Assembly: GCF_001194135.2 (NCBI RefSeq)
Contig: NC_069000.1
Span: forward strand, 21,995,742-22,059,741
Source: Octopus bimaculoides
Lineage: Eukaryota
Length of the DNA stretch: 64,000 nt
Direction: 5' to 3'
Below the pieces are notes generated by a model. It worked only from the letters and a program-made list of their open reading frames with translations, was not told the DNA's origin and searched no databases. Positions 48,201 to 60,900 of this stretch are shown in pieces; position 1 is the stretch's first letter; every line of letters begins with the position of its first letter. A program made the position numbers and the translations under genes.

Positions 48201-51200
48201 CACATGTCGGGCGGTCAGGTGAAGAGCTAATGTGCCAGAATAAGCCAGGCAAGAAGAGGAAGAGAGAGTATTTCGCGGTACTTCGCTTTTTATATCAACC
48301 GACGGTAATGCCACCTGTCGGCATTCCTACTGGAAGTTGCAACATCTTTCAGAACATCCTATAGCGAAGTAGGAAACGCAACTCTCGTTTAATCCCCTTT
48401 CTCTCCAGTAGGATTCGTTACAGATACTCCTGTTTCCGACGACCAGTCGAAAAAGTTAACACTCTGTAGTGGAGGACTGGAAAGAAAGCCGAGCTAAGGT
48501 ACAAGTGTTTACTACTAAGCAGAAAATGTAGCAACATAACAATTTCAAAGAACAAAATGAAAGCACATGCGAAGTGGAACAACAAAACAGTTCAAAAGTT
48601 GATGCACGAAAAGGAAGTTTAAATATACAATCTTGCACAGTTTTTTGTTCAGTGTACACAACGACAGTTACGAGTCGTCGTGACGAGTGTTGATGATGGG
48701 AAAGGTGCATGCGCTTTGGAAGGTGGTGATTGCATGGGTGCAGTACTTGTAGTTTGTTGCGGTTTGTATTGGAGGGGAATGTTTGGCTCTGGAGTGAGGG
48801 CCTCAGAAAAAGCGCGCTTCATCCTGTCGATAGACACTGTTTCTTTTCTACCATGAATCTCTATGGTGAGGAGTTTGTGTGTTTGTGCAAGGACACGATA
48901 GGGCTCTTTATATGGTTGTGTGAGAGGACCACTCACAGAGTCATCCTTAAGGAACACATGAGTCCAAGTAGCAATGTCTGCTGGAACAGCAGCAGGAGCA
49001 GTCTGATGTCGAGAAGACATCGGTGGAAGATCCGTGGAGTAAGTTTGCAGTCTATGTACATAAGATGCAGGATCTTGAGCAGATAAGTCCACAAGTGCCA
49101 ACATTTCGCCTGGTAGAGGTAATGGTGAACCGTAGAGAAGCTCAGCAGGAGAGTATCCTAAATCCTCTTTCACTGATGAGCGACAACCCAATAGAACAAC
49201 AGGCAGGTATTCGCTCCATCGACGAAGACCAGGATAGACATGCAACGACGCCTTTAATTAACAGTGGAACCGTTCCACCATGCCATTCGGGACTGGATGA
49301 TAACTAGTCGTCCGGATATGGCGAACTTCTAAGACGCTTGAAAGTTGTTGGAAAAGCTGGTATTTGAATTGCCTCCCCCACTCAGTAGCAATCTTTAATT
49401 GAACACCAAAACGTGAAATCCAACCTGATATGAGGACATGCGCCACTGATTCTGCACTGATATTGACTAGAGGGATGACTTCAGGCCAACGTGAAAAGCG
49501 GCCGATGCATGTAAGTATATAAGTGGATCCTCGACTAACTGGCCAAGGACCAACCAAGTCAATATGGATGTGTTGGAAACGAGCGTTCGGATTTTCGAAG
49601 ATGCCGAGAGCTTCACGAACATATCTGTATACTTTAAGCGCTGGCATTGCAGACAAGAACGCGACCAAGCGGTAATATTCTGTTGCATATTTGGCCAGAA
49701 AAAACGAGCCGTAATAAGTTTTACTGAAGCCGCTACGCCAGCATGCGACAAAGTGTGCAAAGTGCTAAAAATAATTTGATGATGAGATTCAAGAACGAAA
49801 GGCCGAGGTGAACCTGTAGAAACATCACATAACATATCTGTCAGCAGTCGACAAAGGCAGGTGGTTGAATTTACAATTTTCAAACTCAGCAGATGAAGCT
49901 AAAGAAATTTGGTTAGCAGCTAATGCGATCAAGTCAATCAAAGACGTAGATGACAACAAACAGATTGGTTGACGCGATAAACCATCAGCAACTACATTAC
50001 GAGAGCCGGAGATATACTGGATATTGCTAGAAAATTGCGAGATAAAATCAAGATGCCGTGTCTCTCTAGGCGAGTATTTGAATGTAAGGCGAAAGTAAGA
50101 GGTTTATGACCCGTAAATATAGTGAAATCTCTTCCCTTGAGAAAATTACAGAAGTATTTATCAACTAGGTAAATCACTAACAGTTCTCCGCGGAAAGTGC
50201 TATAGCGTGTCTCGGTTGGCTTGAGCTGGCGAGAATAGAATGCCAAACGTTGCAGACTTCCTTGAGATTGCTGTAAAATATCATGATGCTGGTGTGATGG
50301 AACAGCATCGAAGGAAAACATTGAAGAAAGAATAGGGATGTAGTTTACATTATTTATTTGATCACAGCTGCATTTACTTTGTTGGATACTTGAAACAAAT
50401 ATGCCGCTACATAAAGTTGCCAACTACTTCGAGTCGGCGAAGTAAAAACAGAGGAAAGAGAAAGTTGATGTGACAAGATAGTACAAAGCCCTATTTTGTG
50501 TCTGTGTGTGCGTTTGTCATTCTGTTGTGTTGTTTTTCTATCTTGTCTATTCGTGGTCTGCAACTGCTACTGTCTTGTCTCTCTCAGATCACTCTGTTGA
50601 CCGTCTGCTCACTGCTGGCTAACTGGCGTGTGTCTATGGGAGCTCGTATTTATAATGGCCTCTTCGAGCTAGAAGGATGGATATACCATTATAAAAGTGG
50701 CTTCTACCTATTTAGGTCACCTGTTGTCCATCTGAACTCTCTGTGACACAACCCAGGTCGGAGGTCAAGCGGAAACTCATCCATCAATTTGACAGGACAA
50801 AGAAATTTTTCCTGCCAGGTGAACCAATAGCAGTATATCAGGTGAGCGAAAATTCTTAGATTCGGTTTCGAATCTCATCTAGGAAAATAAAATGTAGTTT
50901 TCCCATATAGATAAATTATCATTTTCCAGCACGGTATGCATTCTTACTTTACATTCTCTATTTTCATGTTTCCAATATGTTTTTTCACCATATATTCTAT
51001 CTATCCTATAAGCAAAGTTAAGATCATTAACTAATTTCAAATCACCTCTGCTAGTTCCCACTTGATAGACCATTGTAATGGGTTGGCTACACATAAAAAT
51101 ATTGTCGAATGAATAAAGAAATTTTAAATGAGTTAAGAAATTACTTTACCCCTTCTTATTAGTTTCTCTAATAATATAATAGATAGGTTGGTTGAAACAA

Positions 51201-54200
51201 TTATATACCAAGGGGACAATTCATCTGTTTTTCGGTGAAATTGTCTTGCAGCAAAATTTCCTATGCGGCGAACTTTCCTATGGCCCAAAATCCTGAGGCG
51301 AATTTTCCTGCGGCAAACTTACCGGATACGGTAACAGCAATATGCTGAATCTTGGTAAAGCACCTGGTAAAGACAGACTTTACGCAAATTTCTTGCGCTT
51401 TGGCAGTGGTTATATCATACGGTAGCTTCACGAGCTTATTAACCTAGTCTGAAGGGATGGTGCTGTCCCTAAGGACTGGAAGGATTCACTTATCCATTCC
51501 CTTTATAAAGCAAAGGGAGTCAAAATAATGTATGGCAACTGTAGTGGTTTTGCTTAACTGTCAGCTGCTGGCAAAGTCCTGGCAAGAATCCTTCTTTCTC
51601 GCCTGAATAAATATCTTGTAAATGACGTCCTATCTGAACCTCAGTGTGGCTTTCATTTTAGTAGAGGAGATGTAGGAGGCATGCTGTATGAGATATGAAC
51701 TCTTACAAGCATCATGTAAGGGTCCTTGTACGCTTCCATCAAAGATGTCTGCGACAAGTTCTGAATGTTGGTAGATCCTTGTAGATAGTCTTGAGGGGTG
51801 TAAACATCCTGAGAAGTCTTGAGGAGTGTCGACATCCTAAGCATTGAAGCGATGGTGCACAAGCACCAAAAAGTTGGATTGGACACCTTGTTTGGATGAC
51901 TGATTAGAGGACCCCTAAACAGATGCTGAGACTACGGTTCAAGGATTGTATAAAATCCTTGTTGAAGGATTGTAAGATGTGGAAAGTCAACAAAGGAAAG
52001 CAATGCTTGTCATCGCCACCAATGAAAGGAACTAGAAAAGGAAGAAATGAGAATTTTTGAAGAAACACGCATCTTGAATGCTGAACTTAAGCAAACTGTT
52101 AGAAAACACACCACCAGTGGAGTGAATGGGTAAAGTTTCGTCTGCAGATACTGCAGACGTGTACGTCTATCAAGACCTGGTCTCATTAGTCACAAGCGGA
52201 TCCGCAAGTGTAAAGTACAATTTTGTTTGACTGCACATTTTCTTAGTGGTCAGTGACAGTCTTCCTGGGTCACGAGTGGACAACCACCATATATAGTATA
52301 TGTGATTGATTTCCCCATGCCATCCAGGTTTATCTTATTTGAAAGATTTTAGAGGTCCTTAAATCAAGAAGTTATGTGGAGCAGAGCGGACCATCTATAA
52401 GAGGACCTTTACAAAACTATGCGATCAGCGAAAAATAACAGTCAAATCTCACTTGAAATACCTCCTACCATCATAGGTCTGCTCGATCAGGAATTGGCTA
52501 GACTCCCACAACAAAAACAATAACATTATGATGTCCCTTGTATTACACTCAAACAATGCATCCCAAAACTTTCTCTTGTTTTCACCAAACTCTTTAATAT
52601 CTCACTCTCATTTGCAGGCATGCTTCAGTGTTATCCATTCAAAGAAAGGGACCCTAAGGATCAGCCAGCTTTTGTCTCATTGCTACCAATTCTAACATTT
52701 CTAAGATTGTAGAGACATCCGTTAATAATGACGTTGTCCATCATATTCAATCCCTCTTTCTTTTCTATCGCCCCTATAATAGCCTCTGAACTTCGGAGCT
52801 GGCTGGTCCCGTAGCCCCATCCACACTACCCACCCCCGTACCATTTGTCTCCCCACCTATTGTCACCTTTATTAAACCCCTTCTCTTTCCCTGCACTAAC
52901 CACGATTTCCACTTCTTCATCTACAGAACATTAGCTATCTGGAATCTCCTCTCCATTCATATCTTTCCCGCAGCAGTTTAAACAGAACACAAACAATATC
53001 TATCTAACCAGTCTTCGAAAACCTACAAAAGTCATGGGTTTGTTCCTCTTCCACCAGACTCAGAAACTACTAAAAATCCATGCATCTATCCTTCAATTCA
53101 CTTGTCTTAATGTCCCATACATAAATCTACTTCAAACACTCACTTTTGTCTCCTTTGATGATAAAACACCTTCATTTCAAAAGCATGAGCTCTGATTGCC
53201 AGCTTGTAGCCAATGGTTCCCATTCCAATTATTCCAATCGAATTTCCTGTGACGTCATGCGCCATAAGTTCTGGTGGGTACAAATTTTTTTTCAATGTCT
53301 TCGGAAAATATTCGACACCTGTATAAAGATATACATACATAGATACTTATATGTAAGATGTTCTAGATATGGAAGCAAGGTCTAGAATCAAAGGGCCTTA
53401 GAGTTAACCTAGCAAAAACCAAAGTCTTAGTAAGTAGGAAGGCAGACAAATCACAAATCCCTGCTCAATCTGTGGAAAAGGTGTAGGTAGAAACCCCATA
53501 AGATGCACTCAGTGCAAGCTTTGGACGCATAAAAGGTGCTGCAACATCAGAGGATGGTTAACAGGGAAAGTAACTTTTGTATGTAGAAGATGCACAGGTA
53601 CGATAATCACTGAAAATGTGCAGAAAATAGACTCCATCAATTTCCAGGGAAGCAAGCTAGAGGTAGTAAATATCTAGGTGACCAAGTTAGTAGTGGAGGT
53701 GGATGCTCCGAGAGTGTAGTTGTGAGAATAAGATCAGGCTGGGCAAAGTTCAAAGAGTTCCTACCCCTGTTGGCAACAAAGGGCCTCTCTCTCAGAGTGA
53801 AAGGCAGATTGTTTGATGCCTGTGTGCGAACAGCTATGCTGCATGGCAGTGAAACATGGGCTATGACAGCCGTGGACATGCGTAAGATTGAAAGAAATGA
53901 AGCCAGTATGCTTCGCTGGATGTGCAACGTCAGTGTGCATGTTCAACAGAGTATAAACATCTTGAGAGAAAAGTTAGGCATAGGTGGAATCAAGTGTGGT
54001 GTGCAGGCATGGCCTGAATATCTCTGTCCTGGAGTTCAGGATGCTCCCTGGCACGAACGAGTCTTTTAGGATTCTCGTGTGTTCGGCAACGCATAACTTG
54101 CACCGTTTTGTCCCCTTAATGTAGGGGCCTGGGTTCTCGTGGGATGCACTGGGAATTTTATCAAACAGCATCTTTCCAATCATTTGTCCTCCTTCACAGT

Positions 54201-55867
54201 CCTGGAAAGGAGATACGTGACATCGCTGGCCAAACATATCTGGCAAATAAGAGATGAAAGGATACCATACTTGATTGCATGGAAAATACTCGAGAACCCA
54301 GGTCCCTATATCAACGGGATGAAACATTGCAAGCCATGCATTGCCAAACGCACGAGAATCCTAAAAGACTCGATTGTGCCAGGGAGCATCCCACAAACTA
54401 ACATGTTTTTTTTATAATAATTATTTAGCATTCGTTNNNNNNNNNNNNNNNNNNNNNNNNNNNNNNNNNNNNNNNNNNNNNNNNNNNNNNNNNNNNNNNN
54501 NNNNNNNNNNNNNNNNNNNNNNNNNNNNNNNNNNNNNNNNNNNNNNNNNNNNNNNNNNNNNNNNNNNNNNNNNNNNNNNNNNNNNNNNNNNNNNNNNNNN
54601 NNNNNNNNNNNNNNNNNNNNNNNNNNNNNNNNNNNNNNNNNNNNNNNNNNNNNNNNNNNNNNNNNNNNNNNNNNNNNNNNNNNNNNNNNNNNNNNNNNNN
54701 NNNNNNNNNNNNNNNNNNNNNNNNNNNNNNNNNNNNNNNNNNNNNNNNNNNNNNNNNNNNNNNNNNNNNNNNNNNNNNNNNNNNNNNNNNNNNNNNNNNN
54801 NNNNNNNNNNNNNNNNNNNNNNNNNNNNNNNNNNNNNNNNNNNNNNNNNNNNNNNNNNNNNNNNNNNNNNNNNNNNNNNNNNNNNNNNNNNNNNNNNNNN
54901 NNNNNNNNNNNNNNNNNNNNNNNNNNNNNNNNNNNNNNNNNNNNNNNNNNNNNNNNNNNNNNNNNNNNNNNNNNNNNNNNNNNNNNNNNNNNNNNNNNNN
55001 NNNNNNNNNNNNNNNNNNNNNNNNNNNNNNNNNNNNNNNNNNNNNNNNNNNNNNNNNNNNNNNNNNNNNNNNNNNNNNNNNNNNNNNNNNNNNNNNNNNN
55101 NNNNNNNNNNNNNNNNNNNNNNNNNNNNNNNNNNNNNNNNNNNNNNNNNNNNNNNNNNNNNNNNNNNNNNNNNNNNNNNNNNNNNNNNNNNNNNNNNNNN
55201 NNNNNNNNNNNNNNNNNNNNNNNNNNNNNNNNNNNNNNNNNNNNNNNNNNNNNNNNNNNNNNNNNNNNNNNNNNNNNNNNGGGGAGAAGGAAAATTGATG
55301 TAAGTCTGTGAGAATGAGGAAAGAGAGAATTAAGTTAAAAGGATAAAAATAACTAAAAGACAAAATAGAACTCAAGAAATTATAGAGCAAGACTTTGAAC
55401 AAAAAAAAAAAAGAAAAGGAATTCCTGAAAGGAGGTGAAATAATCCCATCGTTTTTTGTGTTCTAAAAAGTAAAAGGAATCATTTACTTACACTGAACGA
55501 TTTTCCTTGACATTGCCAATAATAGAGTCATTCCAAAATTTGCAGCAGCTCCTCCATCTTGGATGCTATGACCAATCCTAATGCCACGCGATTTAGCCCA
55601 TTTAATGTCAACCACATCAAAACCTATACCAAAAAAGCAAATAACTTTAAGATTTACTAACTTCTTAAGTAATTCAAGGAATTCTTGGTTATCATTTAGG
55701 TCCGATTGTACATACAAGCCAACAACCTTCTCACAGAGTGAGGGATTTTGTTCCAGTTCTTTCAGAGTCACCACATTTTGTTTACGGAATACAACATTGA
55801 TGAAAAAACTGTTAAACTCAGGCATTTCTTCATAGAAATGCTCACTAAAATTCACTACTAAAGCCAT
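42018..55867 (-). CDS. D-isomer-specific 2-hydroxyacid dehydrogenase (glyoxylate/hydroxypyruvate reductase-like), copy A, 4 exons, 327 aa
   Basis: Exons 55867-55492, 53318-53144, 46469-46291 and 42271-42018 sum to 984 nt in frame; Rossmann GIIGMGTIG, NIARG (Arg), LDVTTPEP (Glu), TPH (His). Confidence 0.93.
43061..44218 (-). mobile_element. Near full-length mariner transposon (1158 bp), defective transposase
   Basis: TIRs TTAGGTTGAGTAAAA / TTTTACTCAACCTGA with TA on both sides; WVPHNL, LHDNAR and YSPDLSPTDY motifs with frameshifts. Confidence 0.92.
46291..46469 (-). CDS. 2-hydroxyacid dehydrogenase copy A exon 3
   Basis: 179 nt, SLMDMLPLCDYVV...TATLINIARG. Confidence 0.92.
48143..50420 (-). 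mobile_element. Gypsy/Ty3 LTR retrotransposon 3' part (RNase H, integrase, 3' LTR), degenerate
   Basis: LAFYSRQL...RYSTF..ELL (RNase H), HIDLVGP...RFSRWPE...NGMVERFH (integrase); candidate LTR 48422-48143 starts TGTAAC after a purine tract, ends CA and has a TATA-like motif. Confidence 0.88.
50430..50750 (-). mobile_element. LTR-like segment not matching the 48143-48422 LTR
   Basis: Minus strand starts TGT(G)TCAC, contains TATAAATA and abuts the Gypsy RNase H region. Confidence 0.3.
50750..51330 (-). mobile_element. MULE/Mutator (FLYWCH-type) transposon 5' fragment
   Basis: TSRGDLKLV...FAYRIDRIYGEKTYWKHENRECKVRMHT resembles FLYWCH; terminus has repeated GCGGCGAA...TTCCT subunits. Confidence 0.6.
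51340..52260 (+). mobile_element. RTE-BovB-like LINE relic with internal deletions
   Basis: VPKDWKDSLI..LYKAKG, LSAAGKVLARILLSRL...QCGF, SIEAMVHKHQ..WIGH and terminal C..CRRV.LSRPGLISH. Confidence 0.75.
53144..53318 (-). CDS. 2-hydroxyacid dehydrogenase copy A exon 2 (Rossmann GxGxxG)
   Basis: 175 nt, TACAG acceptor, GTGAGT donor. Confidence 0.92.
53370..54010 (+). mobile_element. RTE-clade LINE RT C-terminal fragment
   Basis: LESKGLRVNLAKTKVL and RIRSGWAKFKEFLPLL...MLHGSETWA...NEASMLRWMC. Confidence 0.85.
54010..54400. mobile_element. Penelope-like element GIY-YIG 3' region with an inverted duplicated end
   Basis: NHLSSF...TSLAKHIWQIR...YLIAWKIL...Y...KHCKPCI on +; ENPGPY...KRCKLCVAE copy on -. 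Confidence 0.75.
55492..55867 (-). CDS. 2-hydroxyacid dehydrogenase copy A exon 1 (substrate-binding domain)
   Basis: 376 nt, MALVVNFSEH...SRKIVQ, GTAAGT donor, phase 1. Confidence 0.9.
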
Positions 55868-57610
55868 GATATTGCTGTTATTCCGCAAGCTCCTGAAATG
55901 TTTATATGAATAAGAAACTGCAAGTAATAAAGAACTAATTATTTTCTATATTAATCTTTTGTGTCATACAAAATTAACAGACATTCCATAAAGGAGAACC
56001 CTGCAGAATACTAATAGCTTATTTTGAAAGAGAATATTTTAAAGTTTGTTGAAATATACACCTTTATCTTTGGAATTGCAAACGTGATGTTACATATTAA
56101 AGATGTTTTATATTCTATCATCTTTCCCTAGTATATCCATGCCTCATCAGTTAATATATTTTAACACAGGTGACATGTAACACGAACTTTTATCATGTGC
56201 ATTAGATAAAATATATCTCTTTGCTGACTGGGAGTTTACACATCCCTTACAAAATTTTCGCCAGACAACTTTGCAGAAAAGTAAAATACTGACTACAATC
56301 TGGGTCAGTCAATAACCACCGCCGCCACCACCACCACCAGGCAATCAGTAACACCCGCCCACTCTCTTTGCCAAAATAAAGATTGCAGCTCGTCACTTGC
56401 CAATAGTGAACGAAGGATCTTTTATATGGCCATTTGATTTGCAAGAAACGGCAGCCAAATCTCCCTCAAATTATTCTTGCATCTGTCCTTGCTGCCTTCC
56501 ATGTACTGGGGCCAGTGATCTATACCATCCATGCAGATCGACCTATTTGGTATTGGAGCTGTCGGTCTTCTGGACTTTTTGGCCAGTATTTGTCTTCCCA
56601 CTTCGCTAAGTTGACTTGAATTTACTTGATCTCCCGAATGACTCAAACATGTTCATCTTGAAATCCCCTCACCTCAGTGACGATCTTTGTGTACATCAAC
56701 AGAATTAGTGTACCAGTACTTTACCACTCATTTTACCTGAGTTCTATTAAAATTTCATTTAACTTCATTTGATTTCATTAAAATTTCACTAAAATTGATG
56801 TTACCCTTTCCCTTATTAACCAACTTGTACCAATTTACAGGGTATTTTACCTAACCTACCCTAACATACTTAATCAATCATTAATCAGGTGAAATCACTA
56901 ATTCGGTACTCTCCTGGTCCCAACGATGCTGGATTAGTAGTTGGGACAGTATTAATAGTTGGGTCAGTATTCTTTTTTCTTGAAAGTTGACTGACGATAA
57001 TTTTGCAAGGGTTGCATAAAAATTATATCAGACGATTTGTGTGAGTGTGTGTGTGTGATTCCAGCATTTCCAGATATACACATGTTATGCACATGTTAAA
57101 TTCCACTCAGTAAAGAGATATATTTTATCTAATACAGATTATGTAAAGCTTTGTGTCACATTTCACTTGTGTTAAAATATGTTACCTGGTGAGGCATGGA
57201 TATACTAGAGTAATTATAATAGGGAAGGGTGACAATATAAAGCATTGTTAACATGTAACGTCAAGTCTGCATTCCGAAAATGTTGTGTCATCTGTGATGA
57301 AGTATGACTAACTGAAAGATAAAGAAGTATATTTTAAAAATCAATTTACATCGTAGATAATTTTTTTATTTCTGTCTCTATGGTTTAAACAAAACAAGAA
57401 ATTGTGAAATTATATTCTATTTCAAAGGAAGCTATGAGGATAGTCAGACAGTGTAGATTACTGCCCAATAGAAGGTCCATTAATTTTGTATGACAGAAAA
57501 GAAAAGATTAATTTAGAAAATAATTGGTCCTTTATCATATATAGTTTCTTAATCGTTCAACCGTTTCAATTGTTTGTGAAATATTTTTCATTCTCAATAA
57601 CAGCAATATC

Positions 57611-57986
57611 ATGGCTTTGGTAGTGAATTTTTGTGAACATCTTTATGAAAAATTGCCTGTTTTGAAGAGTTTCTTCTTCAATGTTGTATTCCGTAATCAA
57701 AATGTGGTGACTCTGAAAGAACTGGAGCAAAATCCTTCACTCTGTGAGAAGGTTGTTGGCTTGTATGTAAATTCGAACCTAAAGAGAAACCAAGAATTCT
57801 TTGAATTCCTTGAAAAGTTAGTAAATCTTAAAATTATTTGCTTCATTGGCGCTGGTTTTGATAGTGTTGACACTGAATGGGCTAAATCGCGTGGCATTAG
57901 GATTGGTCATAGCATCCAAGATGGAGGAGCTGCTGCAAATTTTGGTATGGCACTATTATTGGCAATGTCAAGGAAAATAGTTCAGT
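57611..57986 (+). CDS. copy B exon 1
   Basis: 376 nt, MALVVNFCEH...SRKIVQ, GTAAGT donor. Confidence 0.9.
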
Positions 57987-60900
57987 GTAAGTAAATGATT
58001 CCTTTTACTTTTTAGAACACATAAAAAACGATGGGATTTATTTCACCTCCTTTCAATAATTCTTAATACCTTATTGCTCAAGTTTGCTCTATATTCTTCT
58101 TGAGTTTTATTATGTGCTTTACTTACTTTTCCCTTTTTACTCTTATTCACTGGCCTATATGCTGAAAAATAGACGCTAAATCGTCTCACCACTAAAATAA
58201 GTCACAAATGTGTTTGGTNNNNNNNNNNNNNNNNNNNNNNNNNNNNNNNNNNNNNNNNNNNNNNNNNNNNNNNNNNNNNNNNNNNNNNNNNNNNNNNNNN
58301 NNNNNNNNNNNNNNNNNNNNNNNNNNNNNNNNNNNNNNNNNNNNNNNNNNNNNNNNNNNNNNNNNNNNNNNNNNNNNNNNNNNNNNNNNNNNNNNNNNNN
58401 NNNNNNNNNNNNNNNNNNNNNNNNNNNNNNNNNNNNNNNNNNNNNNNNNNNNNNNNNNNNNNNNNNNNNNNNNNNNNNNNNNNNNNNNNNNNNNNNNNNN
58501 NNNNNNNNNNNNNNNNNNNNNNNNNNNNNNNNNNNNNNNNNNNNNNNNNNNNNNNNNNNNNNNNNNNNNNNNNNNNNNNNNNNNNNNNNNNNNNNNNNNN
58601 NNNNTTTTCATTTGTTATATTTACTTTTCATGAAGTATTACAATGTTACGCTCTTTGATTATCTCCCTTGAAAACATGTTCATCGTTTCTACGTAACCTA
58701 TGGTGGCGTTGCTGTTTCCAAAGTTTATTTTCGTTTCTCTATTAGTAATTTTACTCGCGTATCTATCTTAAAATGAACTGCTTGGCGGAGGTCTGTGGAG
58801 GATGACATGACAAGCCTTGACTATTGGGATCGACTCAAAAAGCTCAGGCTTTGCTCCCTCCACCGCCGCTTTGAGCTCTATATCATCTGTACGATGTGGA
58901 AAATATTCCATCAACATTGCTCATCTTTAAAATTCGTCCGAGGCTTGGCCCCCATGCCATCTGACCACTACAGAAATGTTCGTGTCATATCACAACACTA
59001 TAACAGAACTATTTCACCTCAATTGGCCTTGCTCTCTTCAACATCGGAAGAAGGAGTCACCTTCGAGGCATATTAACGAAGATTTGAACAATTTTTTTTT
59101 TGCTCAGCGACTTACTGCTAAAAAGGACGCAGAAATCAGAACGAAAATTCTTGCAAGGCTGGAAATGAACCAGAAAATAACTCTCCAGAAACTCAGAAGA
59201 GTGCGATATGATATTAAATGTAAGGCACGACACAGAAGAAATCCAACGCAGAAAAAGAAAACCAGTCTGGAAAACAAAACCAAAAAAGCCCAGTCTGGAA
59301 GAGTCGGAAGACGAATAAAAACACGATATGCATCAGGAGGTAAACTCATGTATGGCATGTGATGGTAGGCACCTGAGAAAAGAGTGTCCGTTCAAGAAAG
59401 CGAAGTGATTTCGTTGTGGAAACATAGGACACATTATTAAATTGCACTGCAGAACTAAGATGACGAAAAATTGGACCAAATGAGAAAAGGTAAATAGTTT
59501 GTCATCAGAGAAAAAAGTTTGTACAACGAACAGAAAATTCATCAAGGTGAGAATCGAAACCACTAGTGTCAAAATGCTATTAGACACGGGTAGTGACATC
59601 ACTATCGTAAATGAAGAAACATGGAGACAAATCGATAAGCCGAAATTATTTAAATCAAATAAAGTAGCATATGATGTTACAGGAAAGAAATTATATTTCA
59701 TCGACGAAACGGAATGTGCCATTTTCGGCGTTGAACAAGGTCAATATAGAGCTAGAACGACTAGAAAGTCTAGCTCTAATCGAAAAAGTCGACCATTCAG
59801 ACTGGGCAGCTCTGACGGTTTATGTAAAGAAAAAAAACATAATAAACTAAGAGTGTGTGCAGACTTTTCAACTGGATGAGATCGTCATCAATGCTTGAGA
59901 CTCCAGCAAAGGGGAGGAGGTAGAATGATTTGGGCAGATATTGGAGGTATTATGGTTGGTCCTTGAAAAGTACCGGACGGTGTTAAAATGACTGCAGACG
60001 CTTACATAGTCTTTCTGAAGGAGCACCTTGAACCTTGGTTAAAAAAAAAACAAAGGATCACCTTCAAGACAAAAAAATGCACCCTTGCACTCAGAAAAGA
60101 AAGCTACAAAGTATCTGCAATAATTAGGCTTCTGTGGACCTCAAAAGATGAAGTGGTTTGTCTGTTTCCTCGACTAAAACCCAGTAGAAAACTTCTGGAG
60201 TATTCTAAAGCAATAAGTTAATGAGAATGGATGCCAATTTGGGAGCAAGGATGAACTGTGGTAGGCAACAGTGGATGTATTTCGTGGTATAACATCAGAG
60301 GAGATCCAGAAATGAGCATGTTCTATGGACCAACCTTTTCGAACAAAGTTTCATATATCCCTTGCTGACCAGCACACCAATCATTTTTGAACGCTGTTTA
60401 TTTGTTTATTTCTATTTCTTCCATGTTTATAATACTGTGTGTTCATTTCAAAATGTGCATAAAACAATTAAATTGGTATTTTATTCTTTACATGAGTTTT
60501 AATTACACCTCACTAATAATTTGAAACTGAAAGTATTCGTGAATTTGGTAAAAGGTCGTAGTTTCTGCATTGGTCTACAGAGCCTCAAGATTTTTTTATA
60601 CTCCGCGCACGTATATAACTGATGCCATCATTTTGTGAAAATTTCGTTGAATTCGAACGCGTAGTTTTTAAATAAAATAAAAAGATGTTACGTCGCTAAT
60701 AATTTGAAATGCAGAAATGTTACAAGTATCTAGTGGTGAATGAAAACATATCTTACAATGACACCTGTAACAAAACACGTGTCACTAAAGAATATTACAA
60801 CAGAATAAAGAAAATTTGAACCTCAGAAATCTCTGCATTCAATAAAACAGTGTCCCACAATGCGTTTGCAATGTCAGTACTCATACCAACATTTGGGCTG

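Noticed and set aside
56700-56980. CTAACCTACCCTAAC-containing segment resembling a Helentron/HINE
   Set aside because: No clear sub-TIR plus 3' hairpin set could be delimited
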